In this document: positions 46,781 to 56,104 of the stretch, piece after piece
Layout of the letters: the number at the start of each line of letters is the position of its first letter
Numbering within the stretch: the stretch's first letter is position 1
Origin: Acidobacteriota bacterium
GTDB lineage: Bacteria; Acidobacteriota; Terriglobia; Terriglobales; SCQP01
Length of the DNA: 64,000 nt
NCBI GenBank assembly: GCA_027314025.1
Contig: DAHVCP010000044.1
Coordinates: 1,684-65,683 of the forward strand
Direction: 5' to 3'
Translations under genes and position numbers: made by a program
Notes under the pieces: generated by a model
Databases searched by the model: none
The model's input: the letters and a program-made list of their open reading frames with translations, nothing else
Told to the model about the DNA's origin: nothing

Positions 46781-48223
46781 ATGAACCGACGTGAATTCTG
46801 CCGCCTCGCCGCGCTGACCCCTATTGCCGCCGCCGCGCCCGCCGCCTGGGCCGGCTCCGGCCCGTTGCTGGACCGGCCGCCGCTGGAGGTAACGGTGGAT
46901 GCCCGCCGCACGGCACAGGAGATCGCCGGCTTCGGCGCGTCCGGAGCGTTCCACATGGCGGACATCTTGCGCCGCTATCCGCACGGCGAACGGGCCCGTA
47001 TCTTGGATCTGCTGTTTTCGCCGACGCGCGGCGCGGGGCTAACCATCGTCCGCAACATCATTCCGCCGGAGGATGGCAAGCAGCCGCCGATTCTTTCCGC
47101 CTCCGGCGTTCCGGATTGGTCCGGCGACGCGGGGCAGGTGTGGCTGATGCGGGAAGCGGCGCAGCGCGGCTGCACGCGCTTCATCAGCAGCGCTTGGACG
47201 CCACCCCCGCGGATGAAAACGAACCACTCAATCATCGGCGGACGGCTGCGGCCCGATGCCTATGAAGCCTACGCGGAATATCTAGCGGCCTACGTCGAGG
47301 GCTACCGGCGGCGGCACGGATTGGAAATCTATGCCATCTCGCCACAGAACGAGCCGGACGTGACGGTGAAGTACGCCTCCTGCTTCTGGAACGGCGAGGA
47401 CTACCGGCGGTTCATGGCCGGGCATTTGGGGCCGGTATGGCGGCGGCGAAAAATCGCGGCGCAGATCTTTCTCGGCGAGAACAGCGAATGGACGGAGGCG
47501 CCGGCGCTGCCGTCGCTGGAAGACGCGGCGGCGCGGGAGGCGGTCGGGGTCGTGGCCTCGCACGCCTACTTCGGCGACAACCATGTGCCGGAAGTGGGGC
47601 TGGCGCCGCGCACCGGCGTCTTCACCGCGGCGCAGCGGTACGGGAAGCCGGTGTGGCAGACCGAGGTCAGCGCCTTTAACCGCAACGACCCGGGCATGGA
47701 CGACGCGCTGTACTGGGCCAAGCTGGTGCACTTCCATTTGGCCCAGGACAACGTCGCGGCATGGGTGTATTGGTGGTTGATTTCGCCGGGGCCGAACCGC
47801 GAGGCGCTAATCTCGCTGGATCCGGGAGACGGCGGCTGGATGGGCAACAAGCGGCTATTCGCGCTGGGGCAGTTCAGCCGCTTCGTGCGGCCGGGGGCGG
47901 TGCGCATCGCCGCCACGGCCAACCCGGCGCCGCAGATCTACTGCTCCGCCTACCGTGCTGGGAAGCAAACCGTGATCGTCGCCATCAATGCGCAGCCGTG
48001 GTTTCGGCCGGGAACGCGACCGGGCCCCGGCGGCGGGCCCGCGCTTGCGGCGGCTGTATTTCGCCTGCCGGGGGTATCGGCGAGCGTGGTTCACGCCTGG
48101 CGCACCAGCATCTTCGAGGATTTGGCGCCGGCGCAGGCGCCGCAGCTGGAGCACGCGTCGTCCGGCACGAACTTTCAGGCCACGCTGCTGCCCAGTTCGG
48201 TGACGACGTTCGTGGTGGAATGA
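46781..48223 (+). CDS. Glycoside hydrolase family 30, Tat-exported
   Basis: MNRREF Tat motif; QEIAGFGAS, SAWTPP.RMKTN, ISPQNEPD, VWQTE, QFSRFVRPG. Confidence 0.85.
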   Translation: MNRREFCRLAALTPIAAAAPAAWAGSGPLLDRPPLEVTVDARRTAQEIAGFGASGAFHMADILRRYPHGERARILDLLFSPTRGAGLTIVRNIIPPEDGKQPPILSASGVPDWSGDAGQVWLMREAAQRGCTRFISSAWTPPPRMKTNHSIIGGRLRPDAYEAYAEYLAAYVEGYRRRHGLEIYAISPQNEPDVTVKYASCFWNGEDYRRFMAGHLGPVWRRRKIAAQIFLGENSEWTEAPALPSLEDAAAREAVGVVASHAYFGDNHVPEVGLAPRTGVFTAAQRYGKPVWQTEVSAFNRNDPGMDDALYWAKLVHFHLAQDNVAAWVYWWLISPGPNREALISLDPGDGGWMGNKRLFALGQFSRFVRPGAVRIAATANPAPQIYCSAYRAGKQTVIVAINAQPWFRPGTRPGPGGGPALAAAVFRLPGVSASVVHAWRTSIFEDLAPAQAPQLEHASSGTNFQATLLPSSVTTFVVE

Positions 48224-48276
48224 GCGCCTGGCGGCGCGGAGCTGGCTCACAGCACAGACCCGGCCGCCCGCCGGGT

Positions 48277-48486
48277 CTATGCCCAGCGGATTCCGCGGTC
48301 GGCCAATATCTCCTCGGCGATCGCGACGCGCCGACCCCAGGCGTCCTGGTCCTGGGCGTTGGTCGCGTGCAGGCATTCCAGGGCATGCTGCCTGAGCCTC
48401 CGGGCCTCCTCGGGCGGGGCGTTGCGAAGAATCTGCCCCCAGTCTCTCTGCGAGGGTGGGTTCCTAAGGCCCTCGACGGTAACCAT
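48277..48486 (-). CDS. Small hypothetical protein
   Basis: ATG lies 6 nt after TACACT; helical, protein-like sequence. Confidence 0.45.
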   Translation of the reverse strand: MVTVEGLRNPPSQRDWGQILRNAPPEEARRLRQHALECLHATNAQDQDAWGRRVAIAEEILADRGIRWA

Positions 48487-48527
48487 ACCAGCAGTGTAGC
48501 GCAGCCCGCCCGCGTCTACGCCCCCGT

Positions 48528-50135
48528 CTACTCGGGTTGCAAACCCGGCTGCGGCAGGTCGGCGCGAGCGGCGGAGGCGGGGATATGCCGCATCCCGCGG
48601 TCAAACTCCAGCACCGCGTCGGCCGGCGCTGAACCGCGCCAGTTCCGCAGGCTGGCCCAGACGGTGCGCAGGATCGCGGTGCGGTATTCCAGTAGCGCCC
48701 GGGTCCAGGCCCACGCGGTCCGCTGGGGGAAATAGATCCCGCGAAAGCACAGACGGGCAACGAGATGGCTGATTTGGTACGGGGCCGGGGCGGCGGCGAG
48801 CTTCTTCAGGGCCGCCCGCGTCGTCGCCGCTGAATAGGACGCCGCCCAGGCGTGATCCACCTCCCGGTGCACCTCGGCGATGCTCATGTGGAGCGGCGTG
48901 TGCGCCATGCGGAAGGGGGCGAAGTCGAGCCAGTGGGTGGGCCGGGTGAGCCGGCCTTCGGCGGCAAGCCGGCGGTAGAGCGGCGTGGAGGGAAATGGGG
49001 TGATCTGGCCAAACACCGGCAGCCCCGGCGGCCACTGGCGGATTTGCGCCAAGGTCCTGTCCGCGACGCCAGCTGTATCGTGGTCCAGGCCGAAGATGAA
49101 CGAGGTGATGGCGTAGACATTGCGGCGCGCCAGCCGCTCCAGCACGGCGGCGTATTCGCTGGGTTTGTTGAAGCTCTTATTCACCGCCTTCAAGTTGGCT
49201 GGGTCCAGCGATTCCATGCCAATAAAGACCCACTTGCCGCCGGAGGCAGCGATCAGGTCCACCAACTCCTCGTCGCGCAGCAGGTTGGCGCTGATCTGCG
49301 CCACCCAGGCGAGCTGGGCGCCGGCGGCGATGATGTCGCGGAGCAGTGACTTTGTGCGCTTGACGTTGATGGCGAAGTTGTCGTCCACGAAGAAGACGGC
49401 GATCTTCCCCTGCTCGCGGCGCGCGCGGGCCTTCAGGCGCAAGAGTTCGTCCACCACGCTTTCATTGGAGCGAAAGCGGATGGAATCGCCAAAAAACCCG
49501 GTCACGGTGCAGAACTCGCAACCGTAAGGACAGCCGCGGCCGGATTCGATGGGAATGAGGTGGAAGCTCCGCCACGGAACGCGCAACCGGGCGAAGAGCG
49601 GGCGGAGGGTTTTTGGGATCTTGTTGAACTGGGCAAGGTCGAGGGCCTCCCAGGCGATGCGGGGATAGTTCGCGAGGTCGGGCTTGCGCTCGCTCCCGGC
49701 GGCGTCGAGCGGCGCGTACACCTCCCGCAAACGGCCCTGGGCCGCATCCTCCACGATGCAGGGCCAGGTTTCATCCGCTTCCCCCAGCGCCACGGCGTCC
49801 GCGTGCCGCGGGCCGCCACTCCGGCCCAGGGCTTCGTCGGGCAGTTCGGTCACATGCGGGCCGCCCATGACGACCGGCACGCCGACGGCGCGGATGGCGT
49901 CGCCCGCACGATAGGCGCGGGCAATCATGCGGGTCATCGCCCCGATGCCGACCAGACCGACGCGATGCTCCTGAACAAAGCGCACCAACTGGGCATCGGT
50001 CAGGGGCGTGGCGTTGCCGTCCAGCAGCAGCACCTCATGGGGCGGCGGCGTCAGCGCCTGGAGCAAGAACATCCATAGGTGCGGCATGAAGTTGCCGCTG
50101 ATCCCATTGTCCGGGTTGTAGAGAAGGATTTTCAT
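48528..50135 (-). CDS. B12-binding-domain radical SAM protein
   Basis: N-terminal MKILLYNP..MGGPHVT, ESGRGCPYGCEFC (CxxxCxxC), FFVDDNF, FIGMES; ATG overlaps the upstream stop (ATGA). Confidence 0.9.
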   Translation of the reverse strand: MKILLYNPDNGISGNFMPHLWMFLLQALTPPPHEVLLLDGNATPLTDAQLVRFVQEHRVGLVGIGAMTRMIARAYRAGDAIRAVGVPVVMGGPHVTELPDEALGRSGGPRHADAVALGEADETWPCIVEDAAQGRLREVYAPLDAAGSERKPDLANYPRIAWEALDLAQFNKIPKTLRPLFARLRVPWRSFHLIPIESGRGCPYGCEFCTVTGFFGDSIRFRSNESVVDELLRLKARARREQGKIAVFFVDDNFAINVKRTKSLLRDIIAAGAQLAWVAQISANLLRDEELVDLIAASGGKWVFIGMESLDPANLKAVNKSFNKPSEYAAVLERLARRNVYAITSFIFGLDHDTAGVADRTLAQIRQWPPGLPVFGQITPFPSTPLYRRLAAEGRLTRPTHWLDFAPFRMAHTPLHMSIAEVHREVDHAWAASYSAATTRAALKKLAAAPAPYQISHLVARLCFRGIYFPQRTAWAWTRALLEYRTAILRTVWASLRNWRGSAPADAVLEFDRGMRHIPASAARADLPQPGLQPE

Positions 50136-50404
50136 GCTTGAACGGAGCCGATTCGCCGGCTGACGGCTCCCCTGGAAGGGCGGCGGGCAGCGACGGCCGG
50201 CACGTTGGATGCCGTCGCGCGCTGGTTGGCGTCGAGTCCAAAGAGTACCACGCCTGCGTCCAACACGGCGCCGCAATGGGGACAGAACTGACCGGGCGCC
50301 ACGCGCAGCAACGCGCGGCCGACACTCATCTGGAGAACCGCCCGGCCAGCCACCGTGTGGACACAAATTGGGCAACAGATCTCCGTTGTCCCCGCTTCCG
50401 CCAT
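50132..50404 (-). CDS. Small CxxC...CxxC (zinc-ribbon/rubredoxin-like) protein
   Basis: CPIC..LRVAPGQFCPHC...LDAG; RBS CAGGAG; translationally coupled to the radical SAM gene; paralog at 55648-56013. Confidence 0.75.
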   Translation of the reverse strand: MAEAGTTEICCPICVHTVAGRAVLQMSVGRALLRVAPGQFCPHCGAVLDAGVVLFGLDANQRATASNVPAVAARRPSRGAVSRRIGSVQA

Positions 50405-50472
50405 CAGCGTCTCCTGCCGCCTTTTCACGCGGCCTTCACTGCTTCAGCATAGGCAGGGGTTAGATGAGGCAC

Positions 50473-50488
50473 TGTTCACTCTTGCACA
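50473..50488 (-). promoter_or_regulatory. Crp/Fnr-like site at -41.5
   Basis: TGTTC-ACTCTT-GCACA; -10 TATGCT at 50451-50446. Confidence 0.7.
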
Positions 50489-50500
50489 CGCCGGGAGACC

Positions 50501-50772
50501 GCCTGGCGCGGGCCCCGGTGCGGCGGCGGGCTGCAGGCCCGCCGCATCCGGGCTGAAGCCCGTTCCGCGCTCCAAGCGAAGCGGTATGCGAGCCCCGGCC
50601 GCACGTCTACTGCTTGGCGCGGGCCCCGCGCGGCCGCGCCGCCGGCCCGCGCGCGGCGTCCGAACGCTGCCGACGAAGACACCGGCGCTCCAGGCCAGCC
50701 AGCGCGATGTCGCGGCCTTCTCAAGCCGGCTTCGCCCCCAATGCAAACAGCGCGACCCCGGCGATCGGCTGG
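50501..50772. repeat. Family B module, degenerate REP A and shortened family B element
   Basis: GCCTGGCGCGGGCCCC (50501); REP A-like 50525-50567; family B 50611-50772 ending GCCCCCAATGCAAACAGCGCGACCCCGGCGATCGGC. Confidence 0.6.
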
Positions 50773-50788
50773 TGTGCACAACGGAACC
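50773..50788 (+). promoter_or_regulatory. Crp/Fnr-like site at -41.5
   Basis: TGTGC-ACAACG-GAACC; -10 TACTGT at 50810-50815. Confidence 0.6.
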
Positions 50789-51203
50789 GCCGGCAAGGGC
50801 GGGGCCGTTTACTGTTTCCAATACGAGCGGCCTCCGCCGCGCCCGCGCGCCAAACGCGGGAGCGGACACGTGGCGGACCGTGCGTAGATTATGAGGTTTC
50901 CGATGCGAATGCGGATGGTCGTTGGGAGAGGGAAACGGCCGCTGACGCCATTACGGCGACCGGCTGGCACTTTGGATGGCCCGGGGGCGAGCAGCACCAG
51001 TGCGGGGCCGGCCGCACCGGGGGTGCGCCGCGGCGCCGGGTGCGAGCGTTACCTCGGCGCGCCTGGCTTTCTCCTACCCTATCCGTTGTTGCTAGCGCTG
51101 GGCGGCACGGCCGACGGCAGGGCCGCCAAGCGACGCGAAGATGCAAGACCTGATCCAAAGGTGGGCTGACGGCTGGCCAAGGCGCCGCGGAGGGGCCGGT
51201 GGT

Positions 51204-51821
51204 TCATCGCGGGGGCGAGCCCGGCGGCGCCAGGCGGCGAGCGCGCACGATGAACCGACGAGGCGCGGGCCCAATATAGTAGAACGGGTAACAGGTCACT
51301 AGCGTCAAAATGTCGCGGCGCGATGGAGCGAGGACGGCGAGGTCGGCGGGACTGACGATGGCTGTGGTCTGGACGCGATAACGGAACGACGCCGTGGACG
51401 TTTGCAGGGTGATGACCTGGCCCTCCCGAATGTTGCGCAGGGGACGGAAAAACGTGTCGCGGTGCCCCGCCAGGACGACGTTGCCGGGCTGGCCGGGAAG
51501 GGCGCTCCCGTCCCAATGCCCGACAGCATGGCGCAGTGCGCCGGCGCCCGTCCCTTGAACGATGACGGCGGCGACACCGAGCGAAGGAATCACGATCCGG
51601 CCCAACTCGGCGCCGGCCGCTGGCGGCAAGGCGAGGAATGCGGCGGAGGCGGCCCGCGCCGGGGCGGCGGCGCGGGCGGCACGCAACTGATCGAGCCGCC
51701 GATTGCCCGCGCGCTGGAACCTTGCCGCGCCCCAATACGAGAACCCCACCCAAAGCAGTGCGGCCGAGCCTGCAGCCACGGCGATCCGGCCCATCCAAGA
51801 CAGAACCATTCTGCGGGACAA
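51204..51821 (-). CDS. Class D sortase
   Basis: N-terminal TM; GNVVLAGHRDTFF (His), LTLVTCYPF (Cys), RFIVRA (Arg); start (TTG after AGGAG) approximate. Confidence 0.92.
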   Translation of the reverse strand: MSRRMVLSWMGRIAVAAGSAALLWVGFSYWGAARFQRAGNRRLDQLRAARAAAPARAASAAFLALPPAAGAELGRIVIPSLGVAAVIVQGTGAGALRHAVGHWDGSALPGQPGNVVLAGHRDTFFRPLRNIREGQVITLQTSTASFRYRVQTTAIVSPADLAVLAPSRRDILTLVTCYPFYYIGPAPRRFIVRARRLAPPGSPPR

Positions 51822-52047
51822 ACGATGACTCCTTTCCTGCAAAGCTCCGTCGCCGTTGGGAGTAGGGCGGGCGTTCCACCGTCCCGACGCGCCGCGCATG
51901 AGGGGTCTGGGCCGCAGGGCTGCGCCCGGCTCGGACCTTACGCTCACACCTAGACCGCCAAGCGGCGGCATCTCGGACGAGGGATGCCACCTCCCTCCCT
52001 GAGCCGCCCCGGCCGCCAGCCGGGCCGGGGTAGCGGCATCGCCCGGG

Positions 52048-52761
52048 CTAGGCGACCATGCGACGAGTGAAGGCGAGCATGCCCAGCCCCGCCGTGAGCA
52101 GCAGCGTGCCCAACAGCGCTATCAGCGGCAGCTCGCTGGCTGTCTTGGGCAGCGCCGGGGGCGGCGCCGCCGCGGCGACTTCCGCGGGGGCGGGGGCCGC
52201 GGGCTGGGGTGCGACGACGGTTTCAGCCGGAACCTCCTGGCCGCTGGGCTCGACGGCGGCGATCGGCGCCTGCCGGAGCGTTTTATCCGCGGCGGCAGGG
52301 GGAGCGGTGATCGCCGCAGCGAACTCCCGGGGCATCGTCAGCACGGGCGCCTGATTCGCCTTGGCCAACGCGAGCGCCTCCGCCTTGGGATAGACGAATT
52401 CCTGGCCGAAGTTGTCGCCAGGATAGAACCATGCGTGCAGAGCAATCGGAGTGTTCAGGGGCCGCTCGGAGAACGTGATTACGGTCCTATTGGTCGTGGT
52501 CATCCGGAAATTGCTGATCGCCAGAATGGTGGCGAACAGATGCGTCCCCTTCGCGTTAAAGATCTGAACGATGTTCCGGTCCCCCAGTGAGTCCATCAGC
52601 TTGAACATATAGGTTCCGGCGGGCAACACCATGCCGGGGATCTCGACGGGACCGCTAAAGGTAATGACGGTTTTCTTGTTCCAATTGTCCGCCCGAGCCC
52701 TGGGCAGGAACATGGACCCCATCATCGCCAAACAAATAACGAGAACGTGCAATCTGCGCAT
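52048..52761 (-). CDS. Secreted protein with LPxTA sortase signal
   Basis: Signal peptide; C-terminal LPKTAS-ELPLIALLGTLLLTAGLGMLAF-TRR; RBS GGAGG. Confidence 0.88.
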   Translation of the reverse strand: MRRLHVLVICLAMMGSMFLPRARADNWNKKTVITFSGPVEIPGMVLPAGTYMFKLMDSLGDRNIVQIFNAKGTHLFATILAISNFRMTTTNRTVITFSERPLNTPIALHAWFYPGDNFGQEFVYPKAEALALAKANQAPVLTMPREFAAAITAPPAAADKTLRQAPIAAVEPSGQEVPAETVVAPQPAAPAPAEVAAAAPPPALPKTASELPLIALLGTLLLTAGLGMLAFTRRMVA

Positions 52762-52858
52762 GGAACTAACCTCCAACACTCGCGCCCTGGGCCGGCCACG
52801 TGCGGGCGGCCCTGAGGGGGCTACCCTTGTTACGTTAGCGGGGACGGGGTGCGCGCGC

Positions 52859-52874
52859 TGTGCAATTGTGAGCC
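52859..52874 (-). promoter_or_regulatory. Crp/Fnr-like site at -41.5
   Basis: TGTGC-AATTGT-GAGCC; -10 TAACGT at 52837-52832. Confidence 0.6.
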
Positions 52875-52937
52875 CGACGGTACGGTGCACCCGACGCCGC
52901 GCACTTCACGCACTGCGCGGCGGGAGACCAGCGAGGC

Positions 52938-52953
52938 AGTGCAGTTGTGCGCA
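52938..52953 (+). promoter_or_regulatory. Crp/Fnr-like site at -41.5
   Basis: AGTGC-AGTTGT-GCGCA; -10 TACGGT at 52975-52980. Confidence 0.6.
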
Positions 52954-53080
52954 GACCGGCGAAGGCGGAAGGGATACGGTCAAGGCTTGATCGGTGCGCG
53001 GGCGTTGCGGCGGAGCAGTTCCCCCGGTCGGGAGCGAACCGACTCCGGCCGCACGCTGTTCCCGCGGCGAGGACAGCTCC

Positions 53081-53185
53081 ATGCTTCGGGTAATTTTCAT
53101 CACGATGTGGGTGTTTTGGCTGGCGGGCATCGCCGCGGCAGTGAATCTAGCGGGCGTCTGCTTCTTCGGCCGCTGGCGCGGTTAG
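53081..53185 (+). CDS. Putative 34-aa single-TM peptide
   Basis: MLRVIFITMWVFWLAGIAAAVNLAGVCFFGRWRG; GAGGA upstream; lies downstream of a predicted promoter. Confidence 0.45.
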   Translation: MLRVIFITMWVFWLAGIAAAVNLAGVCFFGRWRG

Positions 53186-53301
53186 CGGGCGCGACGTTCG
53201 GAAGGCGCCACAGGCAGGGTGCAGCGCGGGCGTCCTCAGCGGCTGCTGGGCAGGGGTTGGGACAGGCAAATGTGCGGACCTGAGGTAGATGAGGTGACCG
53301 T

Positions 53302-54285
53302 ATGAACTGCGGGTTGAGGCCACCAACGGCGGCCCATGCTGGGGTGCTTGCGCTGGTGTTTGCCTGCGGCCTGCCGGCGGCGTCGCAGACCGCGGCGCGC
53401 CTGCGCACTCGGTTTCAGTTCTCGACGACCTCGGCCTTAGTGGTACTGCCCGTTGTGGTGACGGGCCCGCATGGGCGCTTCGTCTCCGGGCTGCCCGCGA
53501 AGGATTTCCAGGTCTACGAGGATGGGCGGAGGCAAAAGCTGACGCTGTTCGAGGAGGGCAACGCGCCGATCAGCGTGGCGATCGTGGTGGACCGCAGCGG
53601 GAGCATGGCGGGCAAATCCGAGGAGGCGGCCGGCGCCATCGCCGCCTTCGCGCGGGCCAGTGATCCGCAAGATCAGATCTTGATGGTTGAGTTCAACGAC
53701 CATCCCGCATATTTGGGCACGCACCATAGCCCGTTCTGGCGAAGCCGGCAGCGGGTGCTCGCGGCCGCCGAGGCGCTGCCGGTGGGCGGGGAGACGGCGC
53801 TGTATGACGCGGTGGACTTAGGGCTGCGGCGGCTGCGGCGGAGCCAGTGGCGGCGCCGCGCGCTGGTGATCCTGAGCGACGGCGGCAACAATGCCGGCCG
53901 GCTGCGCTTTCGGCAAGTGCTGGCGCGGGCGCGACGGTCCTCGGTCACGATTTACGCCATTGGCTTGCTCGGCGCTCAGGACGAGGAGGAGAATCCGGGG
54001 CTGCTGAAGCGACTCTGCTGGGCGACCGGCGGCGTTGCGTACTTTCCGCACGCCGCCGGCGCGGCGGTGGCGGCGGCCACCGCGGCGATCGCCGGCGAGC
54101 TTCGCCAACAATACACGCTGGGCTACGTGCCGGGAGCCTTGCACGGAAGCGGGCGCTTCCGCCGTATCCAAGTGCGCCTGGTCGGCCCAGGAAGCGGCAA
54201 GCTGCGGGCACGCACGCGGCCAGGCTATGAGGCGGCGCCGCTGGGACCCTCGGCCCGTGGCGACCACCCGCCGCCAGGGGTATAA
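53302..54285 (+). CDS. Acidobacterial VWA-domain protein
   Basis: MIDAS DRSGSM, GETALYDAV, ILSDGG, ATGG, LRQQYTLGY. Confidence 0.88.
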   Translation: MNCGLRPPTAAHAGVLALVFACGLPAASQTAARLRTRFQFSTTSALVVLPVVVTGPHGRFVSGLPAKDFQVYEDGRRQKLTLFEEGNAPISVAIVVDRSGSMAGKSEEAAGAIAAFARASDPQDQILMVEFNDHPAYLGTHHSPFWRSRQRVLAAAEALPVGGETALYDAVDLGLRRLRRSQWRRRALVILSDGGNNAGRLRFRQVLARARRSSVTIYAIGLLGAQDEEENPGLLKRLCWATGGVAYFPHAAGAAVAAATAAIAGELRQQYTLGYVPGALHGSGRFRRIQVRLVGPGSGKLRARTRPGYEAAPLGPSARGDHPPPGV

Positions 54286-54495
54286 GCACGGGCAGGGCCC
54301 GCTTCCGCGCCGCACGGCGCAGGCGCGGTTGGCGCGGCCCCAGCCATTTCATCGCCGAGGGCCCGGCGGGCCGCGCGGCGGCGGCGCCAGGCGCGGGCGA
54401 GAACCAGGCGTAGCCGCCCCCAAGCCGGCAGCCGGGAGCGCCGCGGGCGCCGGCGCCCGGAGGCGGGCACGGAATCCGGGCGCGGCGGTTGCGCT

Positions 54496-55494
54496 CTACA
54501 GCCCGTCATGCGCCCCTCCCGCCGGGAGAGCGGCCGAACGGTTGTTCGCCGCCGCACCGGCCCGTTCTGGGACGGGGACCGCAGCGGCGGCGTCCAGTGT
54601 CGCCCGGTTGCCGCGGTCACGCTCCAAGCCCATGCTCAGCGCCGTCAGGCCCGTCAGGCCGCCGAGCTGCATGGTTTCAATCGCCGAACTGGGCGCCATG
54701 ACGATGGTGGAATTTTGCTTGAGCGCCTCATACAGCATGTTCATGCCGCGGAGATGGAACGCGACGGGGTCGCCGGCGTAGGTTCGCGCCGCCGCGACGA
54801 ACTTTTCCGCCACCTGGCGCTCGGAATCTCCCAAGATTACCCGCGCCTGGCGTTCCCGTTCCGCTTGCGCCTGCATGGACATGGCATTCTCCAGCGCCGG
54901 GGGAATCAGCACGTCCTTGACCTCCACCGAGATCACCCGAATGCCCCATGGCTCGGTGCGCTCATCAATGATCGTCCGCAGGATGCCGCTGATCTTGTCC
55001 CTGCCTTCCAGGAGTTCCGCCAGCATGGATTTGCCGATGACGTCGCGCAGGGCCGTCTGCGACGCCCAACTGATCGCACTCGGATAGTCGGCGACATCCA
55101 GGGCCGCCTTTCTGGGATCCACGATTTTCCAAAAGAGAACGGCATCCACGTCCACGGGGACGGTATCCTTGCTCAGCGTTTTCTCCGCCTTGAACGAGCT
55201 GGTGAGGATCCGCGTGTCAATCCAGTAAGGGATGGTTTCAATCAGCGGCATTAGCGCGAACAACCCCGGCCCGCGCAATGCGCGGAACTTGCCGAGACGC
55301 AGGACGACGGCCTTGTTCCATTGGTCCGCGATCTGCACCGACGACGCCACGCTGAGCGCAACCAAGAAGGCGGCGCCGAGCACGGCGACCGCGGCCAGAT
55401 TGTCGGAGGCCCGGTGCTGGGCGTAGGCAACCGCCGCGCCGAGGCCGAGGATGACGACGAACAGCAGGAGTGGGAATGAGCTGGCTTTCCGCAT
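54496..55494 (-). CDS. SPFH/slipin (stomatin-like) membrane protein
   Basis: AVVLRLGK, LSKDTVPVDVDAV, QTALRDVIG, EPWGIRV.SVEVKDV, QAQAERERQA. Confidence 0.92.
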   Translation of the reverse strand: MRKASSFPLLLFVVILGLGAAVAYAQHRASDNLAAVAVLGAAFLVALSVASSVQIADQWNKAVVLRLGKFRALRGPGLFALMPLIETIPYWIDTRILTSSFKAEKTLSKDTVPVDVDAVLFWKIVDPRKAALDVADYPSAISWASQTALRDVIGKSMLAELLEGRDKISGILRTIIDERTEPWGIRVISVEVKDVLIPPALENAMSMQAQAERERQARVILGDSERQVAEKFVAAARTYAGDPVAFHLRGMNMLYEALKQNSTIVMAPSSAIETMQLGGLTGLTALSMGLERDRGNRATLDAAAAVPVPERAGAAANNRSAALPAGGAHDGL

Positions 55495-55647
55495 TTCGAA
55501 TTACCTCATTACCGCCGCACCGCGCCGCCGTTCCGCTCGCGAGGAACAGCTCCCGCGCCGGGCGTCCTGGGCAGTGGACGCCTGTTGCGCTCAACCCGTG
55601 CGGCCCGTCGCGTCGGCCGCCGCGTCCTTGCGCGGCCCCCGGGGTGA

Positions 55648-56013
55648 TCACGCGCTGCGTTCGTTGGCGGCCGCGTGGTGCAGCGTTCGGGTTTCACGCG
55701 GCGGAAGCCGACGCGCGAATCCTGTCCGCGGATCAGACGGCTGGATTCGCCCCGCCGGGTGCACCCCTGCCCGTGCCGGCGCCACAAGGCACCGCAGCAA
55801 CAGCGGCGCCGACACGGATCCAGTCCACGCGCCAGTCAGACCCTCGAATGCCGAGCCGGCGTCCAGCGGCCCCAGGCAATGGCGGCAGCGCTGACCGGGC
55901 AACACCCGCAGGCGAAACCGACCGCAACGCACGACGGGAAGCGCAAGCCCCTCCACTTCCCGCGTGCACGTCGGGCAGGTAATGCGTGCTTTCGATACCA
56001 GCTTCATGGGCAT
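55648..56013 (-). CDS. Small CxxC...CxxC protein, paralog of 50132-50404
   Basis: CPTC..LRVLPGQRCRHC...LDAG; RBS GAGAGG; the C-terminal tail may be read-through. Confidence 0.65.
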   Translation of the reverse strand: MPMKLVSKARITCPTCTREVEGLALPVVRCGRFRLRVLPGQRCRHCLGPLDAGSAFEGLTGAWTGSVSAPLLLRCLVAPARAGVHPAGRIQPSDPRTGFARRLPPRETRTLHHAAANERSA

Positions 56014-56104
56014 ATGGACCTCTCTTTGATCTGACCGACTGGCGCCGCGGCATGCCGGCGCCGGCCTCGACTGCCGGCGCACCGAACCGCGGCAACGGCG
56101 CAGG

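Noticed and set aside
50891-51169. 92-aa ORF downstream of the predicted promoter
   Set aside because: No clear RBS or motifs and atypical composition; kept only as a transcript candidate.
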